Assembly: GCA_943787795.1 (NCBI GenBank)
Contig: CALSNU010000002.1
Coordinates: 704,001 to 768,000 of the forward strand
DNA from: an uncultured bacterium
GTDB lineage: Bacteria > Planctomycetota > UBA1135 > GCA-002686595
Reading direction: 5' to 3'
Length of the DNA stretch: 64,000 nt
A program made the translations under genes and the position numbers. Shown in pieces: positions 61,472 through 64,000 of the stretch. The notes below the pieces were generated by a model that had not been told where the DNA came from, searched no databases, and was given only the letters and a program-made list of their open reading frames with translations. Position 1 is the stretch's first letter; each line of letters begins with the position of its first letter.

Positions 61472-61608
61472 GCTTAGATGGTAGGTTTTTGTTAGGATTC
61501 ATGGTGAGGGCGAGCGGCCTTGTCGCGGTTACCGGGGGTCGAAGGGCCTGTAGTCTTGGCACCGAGACCGTAGATCCACCCCCGCCCGACGCGGCGGCCT
61601 GCCGAACC

Positions 61609-62811
61609 ATGCGCCTGCCCCAAGCTCTCGCCACCCTCCTCGTCCTCGCCCTCCCGGCTGCAGCCCAGGTCACCTGGACCGTCGGCGGCCCGAACGGTCA
61701 GTTCGCCACGATCCAGGAGGCGCTCGCGGTGGCGGGTCCGGACGACCTGGTGGACGTGCAGCCCGGCACCTACCCGGGGTTCACCATGTCGAGCCCGGCC
61801 CGGGTGATGGGTCGGAACGGAGTCCAGGTGAACGGCCTGAGCCGGATCGTCGGCCTCCCGCCCGGGAGCACCGCGCTGATCGCGGACCTCACCGTGGACG
61901 CGTTTCAGGCGATCGACTGTGAGGGTTCAACGTTGGTCGACGGGATCGTCACCCGATCCTTCGAGGCCCGCGGTTGCAGCGACCTTCGAGTTCGGAAGCT
62001 TGAGGCCACGGCGAACTGGATCACCTCCACCCCGGCGGCCGTGGTGATCGACGACTCGCGGGTCCAGCTCGAGGCCTCGACGATCCTGGGTGAGTCGAGC
62101 TCCTCCGCCGACGGTGGCCCCGGGCTCATCGCCACCGGCGGGTCGTTCCTGCACCTCATGGGCAGCCGAGTGGAAGGGGGCATGGGCGGGGCCGAGTTCG
62201 ACCTCTTCACCATGTACGCCCCTGACGGCGGGGACGGCATGACGCTGGAGGGAGCCTCTGCGGTCCGCATCGTCCGCTCCGAGGTGATCGGAGGCGGCGG
62301 TGGATGGCACAACTACGCCGGCGGAGGTTTCAACTGCTACGACGGCTTCCACGGTCCCGGGCTCCGCCAGTGCGGCGGGCACTCGCAGACGTGGGAAAGC
62401 GAGATCCGCGACGGCTACTGGAATGGGAGCTTCACGTCCCCGGGGCCGCCCTTCGTCATGAGCTGCGGTGCCACCCTCACGAGCGCGACGGACCTCCCGG
62501 GGCTGACGCTCACCGGCCCGCTCACCGCGGGCTCCAACTTCGACCTCGCCGCGTCCGCCGGGGTCGGCACCAGCCTGCGCCTGGTCTTCGGACGCAGGAC
62601 CGACCTCGACGTGACCCTCGGCACCCAGATCCCTCGCCTCGTGGAGCCCCTGAGGATCGCGTCCCTGGGGTCGGTCCCGGCCACCGGCGAGGCCCACGTC
62701 CAGGGCACAGTCCCGACCTGGCCCCGAGGCACCCAGTTCTTCCTGCAGGTCTCGCGCACCGGCGCCACGGGGACCGACTTCTCGAACTCCACGCTCTTCC
62801 TGGTGAGGTAG
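61609..62811 (+). CDS. Secreted Gly-rich beta-helix-like protein, paralogous to the N-terminal half of 29511-32254
   Basis: Signal peptide; FATIQEAL..D.V.V.PGTY; GGxGG repeats; SLGSVPATG..FFLQ..FSN tail. Confidence 0.75.
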   Translation: MRLPQALATLLVLALPAAAQVTWTVGGPNGQFATIQEALAVAGPDDLVDVQPGTYPGFTMSSPARVMGRNGVQVNGLSRIVGLPPGSTALIADLTVDAFQAIDCEGSTLVDGIVTRSFEARGCSDLRVRKLEATANWITSTPAAVVIDDSRVQLEASTILGESSSSADGGPGLIATGGSFLHLMGSRVEGGMGGAEFDLFTMYAPDGGDGMTLEGASAVRIVRSEVIGGGGGWHNYAGGGFNCYDGFHGPGLRQCGGHSQTWESEIRDGYWNGSFTSPGPPFVMSCGATLTSATDLPGLTLTGPLTAGSNFDLAASAGVGTSLRLVFGRRTDLDVTLGTQIPRLVEPLRIASLGSVPATGEAHVQGTVPTWPRGTQFFLQVSRTGATGTDFSNSTLFLVR

Positions 62812-63048
62812 AGGAGCACGGGGCCGCCGGTTGGGCTCGGCCACCGCAGCCGCGGTGTGTGGGCCCGGGAACCGTTTGGAGGGGGAGAGAGTGCGTTCGA
62901 GGGCGCGCCGCGAGGATTCCTCGGGCGAATTGGTGGATTCGTGTCCGCTGGGAGGGACGGGGGTCAGTTCGGGGGTGGAGAGGCCACGAGGCCCCAACCA
63001 CCAACCCAACCCACAACAACGAACCCCCCTCAATCAGACCCCAGTCCC

Positions 63049-63774
63049 ATGCAACTCCACACCTTCTCCGCCCTCGCCCTGTCCGCCATCGCCGCCGTCT
63101 CCGCCACCACCGAGCCCAGCTCGGCCCCGGTCGTGGACGACCTCTTCCCCGCCGCCTCCGGCGCCATGGAGATCGCCCTCGACTCCGAGGGGAACGGCCC
63201 CTCCTACCTCGAGCTGATCTCCGACTACGCCGCGCTCACGGGCCAGTACGTCACCTTCTCGAAGGCGACCCGCGAGCTCCTCGCCGGCACCGACGTGCAG
63301 CTCGACCGCTCCATGACGATCGCCGCCGAGGGTGTCCAGCACACCACCGAGGTGTTCCTCGCCCAGGCTGGCCTCAACCTCGCCATCGAGAGCGTGGACG
63401 GCCCCCAGATCCTCCGGGTCCGCAACGTCGAGACCGAGGGCCGCGAGCTCCGGTCCGCGACCAGGAACCTGAACGTCGACGGGGCCGAGATGGCCCGGAA
63501 GCACCCGGCGATGCTCTTCAGCATGGTCATCCCGATGCCCACCACCGACGCTCGCCTGCTGTCCAACAGCGTCCGCTCCATGATCACGGACCCGAACACG
63601 ACGCAGCTCCTCCCCGCGGGGAACAGCTCGGGGATGATCATCGTCGGCCACGGCGACTGGGTCTACGAGACCTCCCAGTGGCTCCTCAACGTCGAGGAGC
63701 AGAGCAAGCTCAAGGCCGCCCGGGAGCAGGAAGCCGCCAAGCAGCAGGAGGCCGGTGAAGCCGCCGCCAAGTGA
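63049..63774 (+). CDS. Secreted hypothetical protein resembling stand-alone secretin (GspD) N-domains
   Basis: Signal peptide; ELISDYAALTG; DARLLSNSVRSM..GNSSGMIIVG; no barrel domain. Confidence 0.5.
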   Translation: MQLHTFSALALSAIAAVSATTEPSSAPVVDDLFPAASGAMEIALDSEGNGPSYLELISDYAALTGQYVTFSKATRELLAGTDVQLDRSMTIAAEGVQHTTEVFLAQAGLNLAIESVDGPQILRVRNVETEGRELRSATRNLNVDGAEMARKHPAMLFSMVIPMPTTDARLLSNSVRSMITDPNTTQLLPAGNSSGMIIVGHGDWVYETSQWLLNVEEQSKLKAAREQEAAKQQEAGEAAAK

Positions 63775-64000
63775 TCGGCGCCACCTTCACGAACCTCCGA
63801 CCCACCCCGCCAGGCGCGCCGTCCTCCGTGATGGCGCGCCTGGACCTGTTGGGGGGGGGTGGGCCACGGCGGACCAGCCTCCGTGATTCCAGGGCGAGGC
63901 GCGGCGTGTTGTGCGATAGTCCGACGGGGAGCCGCCTCCTCCACTGAGGCGCTGTTCATGACCAGAAGCCGTCCCACAATCACGACCGAGGCCGCCGCCG

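Noticed and set aside
14321..61477. Long antisense or alternate-frame ORFs (e.g. 14321-16774, 22199-24307, 28077-31106, 34756-37734, 55235-57757, 58940-61477)
   Set aside because: Shadow ORFs of high-GC genes that have clear motifs in another frame

Overview
A 64-kb high-GC window, probably from a Planctomycetota genome. This is inferred from the DUF1592/DUF1552 pair, a sulfatase, a PmoA-like DUF6807 protein, an ASPIC-UnbV protein and many secreted proteins. No rRNA, tRNA or CRISPR array was seen. Contents in order: end of a surface-polysaccharide operon (1-6299); a three-gene cytochrome module; a secreted protein ending in TGA-TGA plus a SECIS-like hairpin (candidate vicinal di-selenocysteine protein); an IS91-like remnant beside a lower-GC sulfotransferase/glycosyltransferase islet; a block of hydrolases, sugar enzymes and secreted proteins; DUF1592-DUF1552; a SAM-I-superfamily riboswitch upstream of two unknown genes; ASPIC-UnbV and a sulfatase; an ABC exporter followed by DltA-like ligase, carrier protein, GNAT, O-acetyltransferase and alanine racemase (a D-alanylation-like system without DltB/DltD); a chimeric dnaE2/ASPIC duplication scar; a beta-propeller di-heme protein; dnaE2; two more secreted proteins. 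Three genes are frameshifted, and two of these look like single-base homopolymer errors. All family calls come from motif recognition by eye; no searches were run.
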